Source of the DNA: an uncultured Verrucomicrobiae bacterium
Lineage (GTDB): Bacteria; Verrucomicrobiota; Verrucomicrobiia; Chthoniobacterales; Terrimicrobiaceae
Length of the DNA stretch: 64,000 bases
Reading direction: 5' to 3'
NCBI GenBank assembly: GCA_963706955.1
Contig: CAVPOC010000008.1
Location: 640,001-704,000, forward strand
Part shown: positions 36,457-46,378 of the stretch, piece after piece
Position numbering within the stretch: position 1 is the first letter of the stretch
Layout of the letters: every line of letters starts with the position of its first letter
Translations under genes and position numbers: made by a program
The notes under the pieces: generated by a model
What the model was told of the DNA's origin: nothing
Databases searched by the model: none
Seen by the model: only the letters and a program-made list of their open reading frames with translations

Positions 36457-37360
36457 AGTCCGGTCCAGAGCCGATTTGCTCGACTTGCAACGGTCGATGG
36501 CCGGCGCCATCTTTCGGCCTCTTACGCCAGCGTGGCGGATGCAAACCAATCTTCCCGACGGGAACAACCTGCGCGCAGCGGCATCCGAATTCATCAAGCC
36601 CAACGACCGACTGACTTCGTTTGAGCGGCTCGAAATCTACAACCGTCAATATTGGTTCCGCCTGCTCGATTGTCTCTATGAAGATTATCCCGGCCTGCTA
36701 GCGGTGCTTGGGGAAAGACGATTCCTACGGTGCGTCCGGGCTTATCTTGCGCGCTATCCGTCGGATTCTTTCGCCCTGCGCGACCTCGGCTCACGGTTGG
36801 AGCAATTCCTTCGCGACGAACCGCAGTGGAGCGGCCCGCGCCAGGCCCTCGCCCTGGATATGGTGCGCTTTGAATGGGCACAGGTAGTCGCTTTTGACGG
36901 ACCTTCGAAGCCTCCAATCACGACTGATCAAATTCTCGACACGCCAGCCGACAAGTTGCGCCTCGGCCTTCAGCCTTATCTAAGTCTCCTCAAACTCGAC
37001 TATGCCGTCGATGATTTCGTGGTCGCTCTGAAGCAGCGCGCGACGGATGGCTTACGTGGTGAAGCCAGCAATGCTTTCGATTCTGCTCCGAAAGCGGTGC
37101 GGCGCAAACAACGGCTCCGCCTGCCAGGGCGAAGCCGAGTTTTTCTGGCCGTGCATCGCCACGAAAATCGCCTCTACTTCAAGCGCCTTGAAGCCGAAGC
37201 CTTCGCGCTCCTCACTGCATTGAGCCGAGGCGTAACTCTGGCGGATGCGTGTATCGAAGCCATCTCTTCGAGCGGGAAGAGCGAGGTCAATTGGCCTCCC
37301 AAAATTCAAGCCTGGTTTCAGAACTGGGCGGCTCTGGGCTGGCTCTGTCGAGCGAAATGA
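36449..37360 (+). CDS. DUF2063 MNIO partner protein, BufC-like
   Basis: RLEIYNRQYWFRLLDCLYEDYPGL, YLARYPS, DMVRFEWA; TTG start overlapping the DUF692 stop (start uncertain). Confidence 0.88.
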   Translation: MREVRSRADLLDLQRSMAGAIFRPLTPAWRMQTNLPDGNNLRAAASEFIKPNDRLTSFERLEIYNRQYWFRLLDCLYEDYPGLLAVLGERRFLRCVRAYLARYPSDSFALRDLGSRLEQFLRDEPQWSGPRQALALDMVRFEWAQVVAFDGPSKPPITTDQILDTPADKLRLGLQPYLSLLKLDYAVDDFVVALKQRATDGLRGEASNAFDSAPKAVRRKQRLRLPGRSRVFLAVHRHENRLYFKRLEAEAFALLTALSRGVTLADACIEAISSSGKSEVNWPPKIQAWFQNWAALGWLCRAK

Positions 37361-37851
37361 ATAGGTTTGTCAACTCGATCGGCCGCGCCTACGAGAAGTT
37401 CGCGACGGTTGCGAATTACCTGCAAGCGCCCTTGTTGCTGGCCGTGCGCGTATTCTTCTTTTGGCAACTGTTCCTTGCAGGCAAAGGCAAGCTCCTGAAC
37501 ATCGACAAGACGGCCGAGTTTTTTGGCAGTCTTAATATTCCGATGCCTGTCTTTAGCGCCTACCTGGCCGGGGCGACCGAATGCTTCGGTGGCCTGCTGT
37601 TGGTGATTGGGCTTGCCTCGCGCTTGGTGGCGATCCCGGTGGCCTTCACGATGATCGTGGCATACGTGACCGCCGACTACGAGGCGTTCACCAGCATTTT
37701 CAGCGATCCGGACAAATTCGTCGGCGCGGCCCCATTTCCGTTCTTGCTTTCGGCTCTCCTGGTGCTCGCTTTTGGCCCGGGCGCCCTCTCGGTCGACGCG
37801 CTGATCAAGCGGTTCGCGGTTACGAGACGACCCGAGAGGCTCCGATTCTAG
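37357..37851 (+). CDS. DoxX family membrane protein, BufD-like
   Basis: LAVR.FF...GKGK, ECFGGLLL.IGL.SR, GPGALSVD; ATGA overlap with the upstream gene. Confidence 0.92.
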   Translation: MNRFVNSIGRAYEKFATVANYLQAPLLLAVRVFFFWQLFLAGKGKLLNIDKTAEFFGSLNIPMPVFSAYLAGATECFGGLLLVIGLASRLVAIPVAFTMIVAYVTADYEAFTSIFSDPDKFVGAAPFPFLLSALLVLAFGPGALSVDALIKRFAVTRRPERLRF

Positions 37852-37855
37852 CCCG

Positions 37856-39598
37856 ATGTCGCGGATTTTCTCCATTCTTCTCGCTGCCATCTTCCTCTCG
37901 TGGCCAGCGCGAGCAGACGAGACCATCGATTGGCAACCATGGTCCGAGGAGGTTTTTGAGCGGGCGCGCGCGGAGAACCGATTTGTTTTTCTCGATCTCG
38001 GTGCAGTCTGGTGCCACTGGTGCCACGTCATGGAGGATATCACCTACCGCGACCCAGAGGTGATACGGCTCCTTCGCTCGCGCTACATCGCCGTTCGCGT
38101 AGATCAAGATTCTCGTCCGGATCTGTCGAATCGGTATGAGGATTATGGCTGGCCCGCAACAATCGTCTTCGATGCCAATGGCAATGAAATTGTCAAACGC
38201 CAAGGCTACATTCCCCCGGGGCCGATGGCCTCGATGCTTCAGGCAATCATCGATGATCCCACACCGGGACCTTCGGTCGTCCCTGAAGAGAAGCCGATTG
38301 CGGCCAGCACTGCATCATTGGCTCTCGAAACGAGCGGCGCATTGCGAAGCCGTTTGCTGGATGCCTACGATCCGGAAAACCTAGGCTGGGGAACCGTTCA
38401 CAAGTTCCTTGACTGGAACATTATCGAATACTGCATGTCGGTCTCAGCTCGCGAGTCCGATGGAGCCCGCTGGGAGCAGATGGCGCGGGAGACCCTTTCT
38501 GCGCAACGCAACCTCTTCGACCCGGTCTGGGGAGGCGTTTATCAATATTCGACCGATGGGGATTGGAAGCACCCGCACTACGAGAAACTCCTTCAATTTC
38601 AGGCCGAGAATCTTCGTATTTATTCCCTCGCCTACGCGCGCTGGGGCGACCCTCAGTATTTGGACGACGCCCGGCAGATCCGCCGCTACCTGCAGGATTT
38701 TCTGACCAGTCCAGAAGGAGTCTTCTACACCAGCCAGGACGCTGACCTTGTGCAGGGCGAGCACTCAGAAGGATATTTTGCTTTGAGTGACCACGAACGT
38801 CGGCAGCAAGGGATTCCACGAGTCGATACCCATGTTTATTCACGCGAGAACGGATGGGCGATCCAGGCCCTTGCCACTCTCTACGCGGTCACCGGCGAAC
38901 CAGAAACGCTGCGCGATGCAGTGGTCGCGGCAGATTGGATTGTCAAACACCGCTCATTGCCCGGAGGCGGTTTTTCCCACGACGAAGAGGACGTCGCCGG
39001 TCCCTACCTTGGTGACACTCTCTTCATGGGCAACGCCTTGCTGACTCTCTATGCAGTCACCGGCGATCGATTGTGGCTGGAACGTGCCAGATCCGCGGCA
39101 AACTATATCGACGCGCATTTCAAGAGCGATACCGGCTTCTCCACAACTGTCTCGTCGAACTCTCTCGCTCCGACCAGACAACTCGATGAGAACGTCGTCG
39201 TAGCGAGGTTTACCAATCTGTTGAATCAATACACCGGCGATGCCAAGTTTCGGGAAATGGCCGAGCACGCGATGAAATATCTCGTCTCCCAAGGCGAGCT
39301 CAAACGGCGAGGCTATCAAGTGGCCGGCTTGCTCCTTGCCGATCATGAACTTTCCGTAGCTCCCCTGCACATCACCGTCGTGGGAAATAAAGGGGATCCG
39401 GCGGCACGTGTTTTGTTCCTTGCCGCGCTAAAGCAGCCGACCACTTACAAGCGCGTCGAATGGTTTGACGAGGCCGAGGGTCCTCTGCCGCACGCGGATG
39501 TGGAATACCCCCAAATCGGAAGAGCCGCGGCATTTCTCTGCACAGAAAAGAGTTGTTCCGCTCCGATCTTTACGCCGGAAAAATTTAAGGTGAGGTAA
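37856..39598 (+). CDS. Secreted thioredoxin-domain protein (DUF255/YyaL/SSP411-like)
   Basis: Signal peptide ending ARA; IDWQPW, WCHWCHVME, RPDL, GWPAT, GG..QYSTD..W.HPHYEK, FYTSQDAD. Confidence 0.88.
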   Translation: MSRIFSILLAAIFLSWPARADETIDWQPWSEEVFERARAENRFVFLDLGAVWCHWCHVMEDITYRDPEVIRLLRSRYIAVRVDQDSRPDLSNRYEDYGWPATIVFDANGNEIVKRQGYIPPGPMASMLQAIIDDPTPGPSVVPEEKPIAASTASLALETSGALRSRLLDAYDPENLGWGTVHKFLDWNIIEYCMSVSARESDGARWEQMARETLSAQRNLFDPVWGGVYQYSTDGDWKHPHYEKLLQFQAENLRIYSLAYARWGDPQYLDDARQIRRYLQDFLTSPEGVFYTSQDADLVQGEHSEGYFALSDHERRQQGIPRVDTHVYSRENGWAIQALATLYAVTGEPETLRDAVVAADWIVKHRSLPGGGFSHDEEDVAGPYLGDTLFMGNALLTLYAVTGDRLWLERARSAANYIDAHFKSDTGFSTTVSSNSLAPTRQLDENVVVARFTNLLNQYTGDAKFREMAEHAMKYLVSQGELKRRGYQVAGLLLADHELSVAPLHITVVGNKGDPAARVLFLAALKQPTTYKRVEWFDEAEGPLPHADVEYPQIGRAAAFLCTEKSCSAPIFTPEKFKVR

Positions 39599-39628
39599 CT
39601 CTCCCGCCGAGGTCGAGAAAGCGACTCC

Positions 39629-40645
39629 CTACCACTGCACCACCGAACTGGCGTAGGTAAGTCCCCCGCCGAACACAACCATCAGGATGTAATCTCCGAC
39701 CTTGAATCGACCTGTCCGATTGCCTTCGTCCAGCGCAATGGCGACGGCAGCTGCAGAGGTATTGCCGTAACGATCGAGGTTCACCTGAAATTTCGAGAGA
39801 GGAACGTTCAAGCGACCGGCAAGGGCCTCGATGATCCTAAGGTTCGCTTGGTGCGGAATGATGCAGGTGAGATCATCGACGGCAAGACCGCTCTGCTTCA
39901 ACGCACGGTTCGCTGCCGCCAGCATGGAGGTCACGGCCTGCTTGAAGGTTTCGCGGCCGTTCATATGGAGGGTGTTAAGCCGCTGGTCGAAGTTCTCCTT
40001 GGTGACGGGGATGGCGCATCCCCCACCCGGCATATGCAGGATATCGGCGAAGTTTCCGTCGCTGCCCATGAAGGTGGTGATCACGCCGTGCGAGCCCGCG
40101 CGCCAGCGAAGGACGGCTGCGCCCGCCCCATCACCGAAGAGCACGCAAGTATTACGATCGCCCCAATTCACGATCGAGCTCAGCTTATCGGCCCCGATTA
40201 CCAAAACCGTGTTGTAGGTGTGGTTGCTGATGAACTGCTGGGCGACTTCGATTCCGTAAAGAAATCCCGAGCATGCTGCCGAAACGTCGAAGCAGGCGGC
40301 CTTATCGGCTCCAAGCAACCGCTGAACATGGCAGGCCGTCGAGGGAAAGAACGTGTCCGGCGTAACCGTCGCCACAATGATCAGATCGATTTCGGTAGCG
40401 TTCACCCCGGCTTGCTCCATGGCATTGCGCGCGGCAGAAGCTGCCATGTGGCTAGTGTGCTCGCCCTCAGCGGCGACACGCCGCTCTTTGATCCCCGTCC
40501 GGGTGGTGATCCACTCATCGGTTGTCTCGACGATTTTCTCGAGATCAGCGTTGGTGAGGATCCGCGCCGGGACATAGCTGCCGGTCCCAATGATGGAAAC
40601 GGCGCGGCTAGGCTGGCGGGACCGCGTCCGCGGGATTTTCTTCAT
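39629..40645 (-). CDS. fabH: 3-oxoacyl-ACP synthase III
   Basis: GTGSY, WITTRTGIKERR, AACSGF, FGDGAGA, PHQAN, YGNTSAA, FGGG; ATG 40645. Confidence 0.96.
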   Translation of the reverse strand: MKKIPRTRSRQPSRAVSIIGTGSYVPARILTNADLEKIVETTDEWITTRTGIKERRVAAEGEHTSHMAASAARNAMEQAGVNATEIDLIIVATVTPDTFFPSTACHVQRLLGADKAACFDVSAACSGFLYGIEVAQQFISNHTYNTVLVIGADKLSSIVNWGDRNTCVLFGDGAGAAVLRWRAGSHGVITTFMGSDGNFADILHMPGGGCAIPVTKENFDQRLNTLHMNGRETFKQAVTSMLAAANRALKQSGLAVDDLTCIIPHQANLRIIEALAGRLNVPLSKFQVNLDRYGNTSAAAVAIALDEGNRTGRFKVGDYILMVVFGGGLTYASSVVQW

Positions 40646-41640
40646 TGTAGCGCTTGATGGCCTCAACGATGCGGGGATTGATACCCAGTTCGACGAATTC
40701 GCAGGCAACACGCAAGGCATTTTTGATGGCCAGAGCGCTGCTCGCGCCATGCGCGATGATGGCTACCCCGTTGACCCCAACCAGCGGACTTCCACCATAC
40801 GTCTCATAGTTGGTCCGCTTGCGGATCGTCAGGAAGGCATCCTTCGCCAGCATAGCGCCGAGCTTGCGAATCGGGTTGGCCATTAGCTCGCGCTTGAGCC
40901 AGTGAAACACCGCGGAAGCAGTCGCCTCGCACACCTTCAGGGTAACGTTGCCGACAAAGCCGTCGCAGAGGACCACCTCGACGGGGTTCTCGAAGAGATC
41001 GTGCCCCTCGACATTACCTCGGAAGTTCAGCTTGCTTCTCTTCAGCAACTTGAAGATGTCCTTGGTAAACTCGCTTCCTTTGACATCCTCACCTCCGATA
41101 GACATCAGCCCGACGGCGGGATTCGCGAAGCCGAGCACGTATTTGGAAATGACCGTGCCCATGATCGCGTACTGCAGCATATGCTCCGGACGCGCATCGA
41201 CATTAGCGCCGGCATCGATCAGCACGCAGACGTTGTGCTCCGTCGGAAGGTAGGAGGCAATGCCCGGACGCTCGACACCTTCCAAGGTGCGGAGCTTGAT
41301 CGTGGTCCCGGCGACAACCGCGCCGGTGTGCCCCGCACTGACAATGGCATCTGCCTGGCCGCGCTTTACCAGATCAATGGCACGACTGACAGACGAGTCC
41401 TTCTTGCGGCGAATCGCATCCACCGGATGTTCGTTCATCTCGACGACCTGCGTCGTATGAATTATCTCGATCCGAGGATCCTCATAGCTGAGCTCCTGGA
41501 GCTCCCGCTTCACGGCGGCTTGATCGCCGGTCAGAAAAAGCTTTCTGATTTTCGGATACTCTCGCAGAGCCAGTCACCGCGCCGGCGACGGTGTTTCGCG
41601 GGGCATAATCGCCACCCATTGCATCGAGGGCGATTCTCAT
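40608..41640 (-). CDS. plsX: Phosphate acyltransferase PlsX, with a 1-nt frameshift near 41574
   Basis: ATG 41640 gives MRIALDAMGGDYAP; the rest (LALREYPKIRKLFLTGD...KKDSS, SAGHTGA, DAGANVD, CDGFVGN) is in a shifted frame. Confidence 0.93.
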
Positions 41641-41647
41641 GGGAGAA

Positions 41648-41830
41648 TTAACCTGCGTCTACCGTCAGAACCTGGCGACCCTTGTAATAACCACACGCCG
41701 GACAGGCGGTGTGCCCACGCACACTGGCGCCGCACTGCGGGCACTGGGAAAGCTTTGGAGCATGCCAGCGGTTCGCCGCCTTGCGGGTGCGCAAGCGCAT
41801 CTTAGAGGTTTTGCGTTTTGGAACTCCCAT
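41648..41830 (-). CDS. rpmF: 50S ribosomal protein L32
   Basis: [15 protein letters not shown]...[13 protein letters not shown] zinc ribbon. Confidence 0.97.
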   Translation of the reverse strand: MGVPKRKTSKMRLRTRKAANRWHAPKLSQCPQCGASVRGHTACPACGYYKGRQVLTVDAG

Positions 41831-41842
41831 AAAATCCGTCTA

Positions 41843-42322
41843 TTATTTTTGTCGTTTTTCGGTCTTCAAACCATCCAGAACGCTCCATGGCGCGTTGCCC
41901 GGAGGCTGGGAGGCATCGCCGGGCGGCTGTAAAAAGCGGGCTGGACAGGTCTTCTTTCCCTCCGCATCACAGCGGGGATGAGCTGGAAGAGCAAGATGTA
42001 TATCTTCTCGGACCTCCTCGGTCAAGTCAACCGACTCCCTCCCGTCGAGTTCCTTTTGCAGCGCGAAGGGGTCGACAGACAACCTGGTTTCAAATTCGTC
42101 CAGACAGGCCACGCATCTCAGGCGCAAACATACACTGAGACGACCGGTGGCAAAGAGACCGCCACCGGATAGACCCACGTCTAATTGATACTCTAGGGGC
42201 GAACACGGCTGCGCGCCCACCTCTTCGAGGTCCAAGAAGCCGGCATCCTCGTCGCCCTCGACATGAAGAGTGCCACCCTGTGGAATTTGGCGCAGATGAA
42301 TCTTCATTAACGAACGCTCCAT
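41843..42322 (-). CDS. yceD: YceD/DUF177 family protein
   Basis: CVACL, VDLTEEVREDIHLALP..PRC, PWSVLDGLK; position upstream of rpmF. Confidence 0.88.
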   Translation of the reverse strand: MERSLMKIHLRQIPQGGTLHVEGDEDAGFLDLEEVGAQPCSPLEYQLDVGLSGGGLFATGRLSVCLRLRCVACLDEFETRLSVDPFALQKELDGRESVDLTEEVREDIHLALPAHPRCDAEGKKTCPARFLQPPGDASQPPGNAPWSVLDGLKTEKRQK

Positions 42323-42368
42323 TGAAAAGACGAAGTTTCAACGCGCAAGTTGAGTCCCGACAAGCGTG

Positions 42369-43961
42369 CTAGGGTCCTGCCGAGCGCCATTCCCGCCGCG
42401 GGGCACGTGCCAGTAAGAACTTGCGAAGCCACGCGAGCAGCGCGTGAGCCGGGTGCAAGGCAAAGGCGGTAAAGATCGGATCGAACGGGTAGCGGAATTC
42501 CCATTGAACGGACCCAAATAATGTCGCCAGCAGGCCGAGAAGGGCGATTCCTGTCAACAGCGGAATTCTCAGATCGACTGGCCCGGCCAAGCGTGCCAAC
42601 AACAAGCCGAATGCGCCGAACAAGAACCAGCAATAGTTTGGAATGAGTTTTCGGCTTATGTTGAACAAGGGATCGCCCGGCGCGTTGTAAGGAGGCGTTG
42701 CGGACACCTCCCAAGGCTTCACGTCAGGCTGCCAAGGGAGCCAAGAACCCTGCTTTCTTGTCTCATTGGCGACAAACAAAGGCGTCGAGGGGAGGAGATC
42801 TCCCTCGCTGGGCAAAGCCAAGCCCTTCGCAGTGTAGCGGGCATAGACCTCCTCTCTTTGCCGGGCGAAGGAGCGGCTCAGATCTCGCAAATTGCTGATC
42901 TTGAAAGTCTTCTTATCACGGTAATCAAACACGTTTTCGAGGTGCTCAAGGTAGCGCAAAAGAGAACCTCCTGGATCTCGCCAGATCGATTCCATTCCGG
43001 CCTTTCTCAGCAGATCGAAATCGGAGCCTGGGGCCTCCTTTTGCACCGTATAGATCAGCGAATTGAACATCCGCTGGGTGGAACATCGAAAGAAAATATC
43101 CGAGGTGATTTCGTGCTGCAGGTACACTGGGGTCGAAAGGATCTTTGCCTCAACGAAGTCTGCCAGTTGCCGGGAGGCTGGGCCATTTTCCGGCGAGATC
43201 ACGCGCTCCTGCACGAATAAGCGATAAAAGGGAAGGTGTGCATCGCCGAGCTTGGCGAAACAAAATTCACCATACCTAAAGTAATTGAATGAGCACATCG
43301 CCAGATAAACTGCCGCATAAATAGTCAAAAAAACGCCCGCATTCAGGAACCGACGAGCGAGGGTTACGTTTGCAGGGAGGAACGGAAGAAGGAAACACAA
43401 CAGGAAAGTTTGATTTCCCGGCCGATTGAGAACCAAAAGGGAGGCGAGCACTGCGCTGCCCGCCCACGCCCCAACGCGGCTCGAACCCATGGCGAAGAAA
43501 GTAAAACTAAACCAGAAGCAAAGCAGAACGGTCTGGAGGGTTTCGGAACCTACCGAGTTAAAGGACCAGAACAGCCAAAGGTTTAAGGCCACCAGGACGT
43601 TCAGAGCCCACGCCAAGAGGAGGCTGAACTCGCGCAAGACGGCGAAAACCGCGGTGATGCTTGCCGCGTAGGCAAGGGACAGAATCACCTCAATCCCTCC
43701 CTCCCCGAAGATCTGGAAGCATGTTCCGTAAAAGAGTGGCGTTAGCGGCGTGCGAAAGAGCATCAGCAGCGGAAACTCCGGCTCGAGCGCGAAAAGGTCT
43801 CGAAACCAGAGGAAGTACGTCGTCATGTCCCGTCCGGCCCGCAAGGGAAAGAAAAGCGCGAGGAGCCAGAACCACGCAACCATCACGAGGAAAGAGGCCA
43901 ACAATGGAGAGAACCTTCGCCAAGCCTCTGCGCTCCGAATCGAGGGGCGCGTGCTATTCAC
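42369..43961 (-). CDS. Multi-pass membrane protein, possibly a GT-C fold glycosyltransferase
   Basis: Many hydrophobic segments with a central soluble loop; D...Y, RTPLTPLF, SETL, LNRP pattern. Confidence 0.6.
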   Translation of the reverse strand: MNSTRPSIRSAEAWRRFSPLLASFLVMVAWFWLLALFFPLRAGRDMTTYFLWFRDLFALEPEFPLLMLFRTPLTPLFYGTCFQIFGEGGIEVILSLAYAASITAVFAVLREFSLLLAWALNVLVALNLWLFWSFNSVGSETLQTVLLCFWFSFTFFAMGSSRVGAWAGSAVLASLLVLNRPGNQTFLLCFLLPFLPANVTLARRFLNAGVFLTIYAAVYLAMCSFNYFRYGEFCFAKLGDAHLPFYRLFVQERVISPENGPASRQLADFVEAKILSTPVYLQHEITSDIFFRCSTQRMFNSLIYTVQKEAPGSDFDLLRKAGMESIWRDPGGSLLRYLEHLENVFDYRDKKTFKISNLRDLSRSFARQREEVYARYTAKGLALPSEGDLLPSTPLFVANETRKQGSWLPWQPDVKPWEVSATPPYNAPGDPLFNISRKLIPNYCWFLFGAFGLLLARLAGPVDLRIPLLTGIALLGLLATLFGSVQWEFRYPFDPIFTAFALHPAHALLAWLRKFLLARAPRREWRSAGP

Positions 43962-44467
43962 TCGACCGGGGAGGCGATCTCTCCTTGCGAAAACTTCTCT
44001 TTCAGCCTTTGCGCGACAAGCGCGGGAACAAACGAGGTCACGTCTCCGCCGAGCCGACCCACCTCTTTAACGATCCGGGAGCTGAGAAAGGTATACTCTT
44101 CTTTGGGGGTCAGGAAAATCGTCTCGAGCCGAGGCTGCAAGCTTCGGTTCATTAGAGCCATCTGAAACTCAAACTCAAAATCGGAAACGGCCCGAAGACC
44201 GCGGATGACGACAAATGCATTCTCGGCCACCGCGAAGTCCACCAGCAGCCCATCGAGCTTCTTAACCAGGATGTTCGGCGTATCTTGAAGAGATTCCTCG
44301 ATCATGGAAATACGCTCGTCAGTGCTGAAGAGGGGGCGCTTGGCCTCGTTGTGCGCAACGGCGACGATGAGAGAATCGAAAAGGTGGCACGCACGGTGGA
44401 TAATGTCGATGTGCCCCAGGGTAAGAGGATCGAAGCTCCCCGGATAGATGGCTCGCGTCACTCCCAT
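43958..44467 (-). CDS. coaD: Phosphopantetheine adenylyltransferase
   Basis: [34 protein letters not shown]. Confidence 0.97.
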   Translation of the reverse strand: MGVTRAIYPGSFDPLTLGHIDIIHRACHLFDSLIVAVAHNEAKRPLFSTDERISMIEESLQDTPNILVKKLDGLLVDFAVAENAFVVIRGLRAVSDFEFEFQMALMNRSLQPRLETIFLTPKEEYTFLSSRIVKEVGRLGGDVTSFVPALVAQRLKEKFSQGEIASPVE

Positions 44468-46032
44468 TCGATGGTCGCGGGTGGCTTGCTGGAGACGTCG
44501 AAACAAACGCGGTTGACGCCGCGCACTTCATTGATGATCCGGGTGGAGATGCGCCCGAGCAGATCGTACGGAATTCGCACCCAGTCCGCGGTCATTCCGT
44601 CGAGGCTTTCAACAATGCGAAGGGCAATGGTGTTCTCGTAAGTGCGTTCGTCTCCCATGACACCGACGGATTGGACCGGCAGCAGCACGGCAAAGGACTG
44701 CCAAACCTTGTAGTACCATCCGCTGGCCTTCATCTCTTCGAGAACAATTGCGTCAGCGTCTCTCACGATCCGGAGTTTTTCGGAGGTTATCTCACCAAGG
44801 ATCCTGACGGCAAGGCCGGGGCCAGGGAAAGGCTGGCGATGGACGATTTCTTTTGGCAACCCGAGCTCGAGTCCCACTTCACGCACTTCGTCTTTGAAAA
44901 GCTGCCGCAGAGGCTCGACGAGCCGGAACTTCATGCGTTCGGGGAGACCGCCGACATTGTGATGGCTCTTAATGAGTGCGGCCGGGTTGCCCGAGATCGA
45001 AACACTCTCAATCACGTCGGGATAAAGCGTTCCTTGGGCGAGAAATCGGTATCGCCCCGGTGAGGTCTCCTTTAATTTGCGGGCTTCGGCCTCGAATACC
45101 TTGATGAACTCGTTGCCAATGATCTTGCGCTTTCGTTCCGGATCGACAACCTCCTTCAGCCGGGCCAGGAATCGTCGAGAGGCGTCAACAGTTCTGAGCC
45201 GGATGTGGAAATGCCCGCTAAAAAGCCGCTCGACGGCTTCCGCCTCGCGCGCGCGCAACAGTCCGTTATCCACAAAAATGCAGGTCAATTGATCGCCGAT
45301 GGCCTTATGGACCAGCGCCGCGGCCACCGAAGAGTCCACACCGCCGCTGAGACCCAAGATGACGCGACCTTCACCGACCTCCTCGCGAATCTGGCGGCAA
45401 GAACGCTCAATAAAAGAACCCATCGTCCACTTCGATTTACACCCGCAAATTCGATGAACGAAATTCTCGAGAATCACCTTTCCACGGGGGGTATGCGCGA
45501 CCTCAGGATGAAATTGAAGGCCGTAAATGCGTCGCTGGACGTCTCCGATTGCCGCGTTGGCTGAGTTCTCCGTCCTACCCAAGGCGCGAAAGCCTTTGGG
45601 AAGTTTCGTGATCTTGTCTCCGTGACTATTCCAAACGTCGAGTTCCGCGGGAAGGCCGCAAAAGAGATCGGATCGCCTGTCTACCTGCAGTTTTCCCGGA
45701 CCATACTCACGCTGCGCGGAACGCTCAACATTCCCGCCGAGATCAAAGGCAAGAAGCTGCAGCCCGTAGCAAATCCCGAGAATAGGCACTCCCAATGCGT
45801 AGATATCTTTGTCGAGTAGGGGAGCATTGGGCGCGTAAACGCTCGCCGGACCACCCGAAAGAATAATTCCTTTTGGCGCAGCGTCTCGAATAGTCGAGCA
45901 TCGGGTCCAAAATGGAAGGATCTCGGAATAGACGCGACATTCGCGCACTCGTCGGGCGATCACCTGCGTATATTGCGAGCCAAAATCAAGAATGATGATT
46001 TTGTCCTCGGGTGAGAACGCATGTTCGGACAT
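44458..46032 (-). CDS. guaA: GMP synthase (glutamine-hydrolyzing)
   Basis: [42 protein letters not shown]. Confidence 0.98.
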   Translation of the reverse strand: MSEHAFSPEDKIIILDFGSQYTQVIARRVRECRVYSEILPFWTRCSTIRDAAPKGIILSGGPASVYAPNAPLLDKDIYALGVPILGICYGLQLLAFDLGGNVERSAQREYGPGKLQVDRRSDLFCGLPAELDVWNSHGDKITKLPKGFRALGRTENSANAAIGDVQRRIYGLQFHPEVAHTPRGKVILENFVHRICGCKSKWTMGSFIERSCRQIREEVGEGRVILGLSGGVDSSVAAALVHKAIGDQLTCIFVDNGLLRAREAEAVERLFSGHFHIRLRTVDASRRFLARLKEVVDPERKRKIIGNEFIKVFEAEARKLKETSPGRYRFLAQGTLYPDVIESVSISGNPAALIKSHHNVGGLPERMKFRLVEPLRQLFKDEVREVGLELGLPKEIVHRQPFPGPGLAVRILGEITSEKLRIVRDADAIVLEEMKASGWYYKVWQSFAVLLPVQSVGVMGDERTYENTIALRIVESLDGMTADWVRIPYDLLGRISTRIINEVRGVNRVCFDVSSKPPATIEWE

Positions 46033-46175
46033 TAAGGGCAGTCTATCGAAAATTAGGGTGAATGATCCTTGGAAAACCCGACTGGCATTCGAAAGGTCAG
46101 GATGACCAGGGGCCCTCTCGCTCGCACATTCTGACTGTGAGAGGCGCCGCGTTCATTTTCGGCGCATTCCGGAGC

Positions 46176-46358
46176 TCATCGGAATTCAGGCCCAAAGGAA
46201 TCGGAGGTGGGATCATTCGGGACGATGCGACCCTTGCCTCTAATCCCGCGTTCGAACGTCTCGCCGACCTCGGAGGCATCCTGCTCGGCGACGGTGCATC
46301 CTGCCAGGGCGACTGCCAAGATGCAGAAAAGAAGAGTCACACATCTCACACCAGTCAT
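46176..46358 (-). CDS. Small putative lipoprotein (60 aa)
   Basis: Hydrophobic N-terminus with lipobox LAGC, then TVAEQDASEVGETFERGIRGKGRIVP. Confidence 0.65.
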   Translation of the reverse strand: MTGVRCVTLLFCILAVALAGCTVAEQDASEVGETFERGIRGKGRIVPNDPTSDSFGPEFR

Positions 46359-46378
46359 AATAAAAAGACCGACCCTTA

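Noticed and set aside
46033..46175. Possible purine riboswitch upstream of guaA
   Set aside because: Only a modest hairpin, no purine aptamer consensus, and a -10-like box sits 7 nt before the ATG
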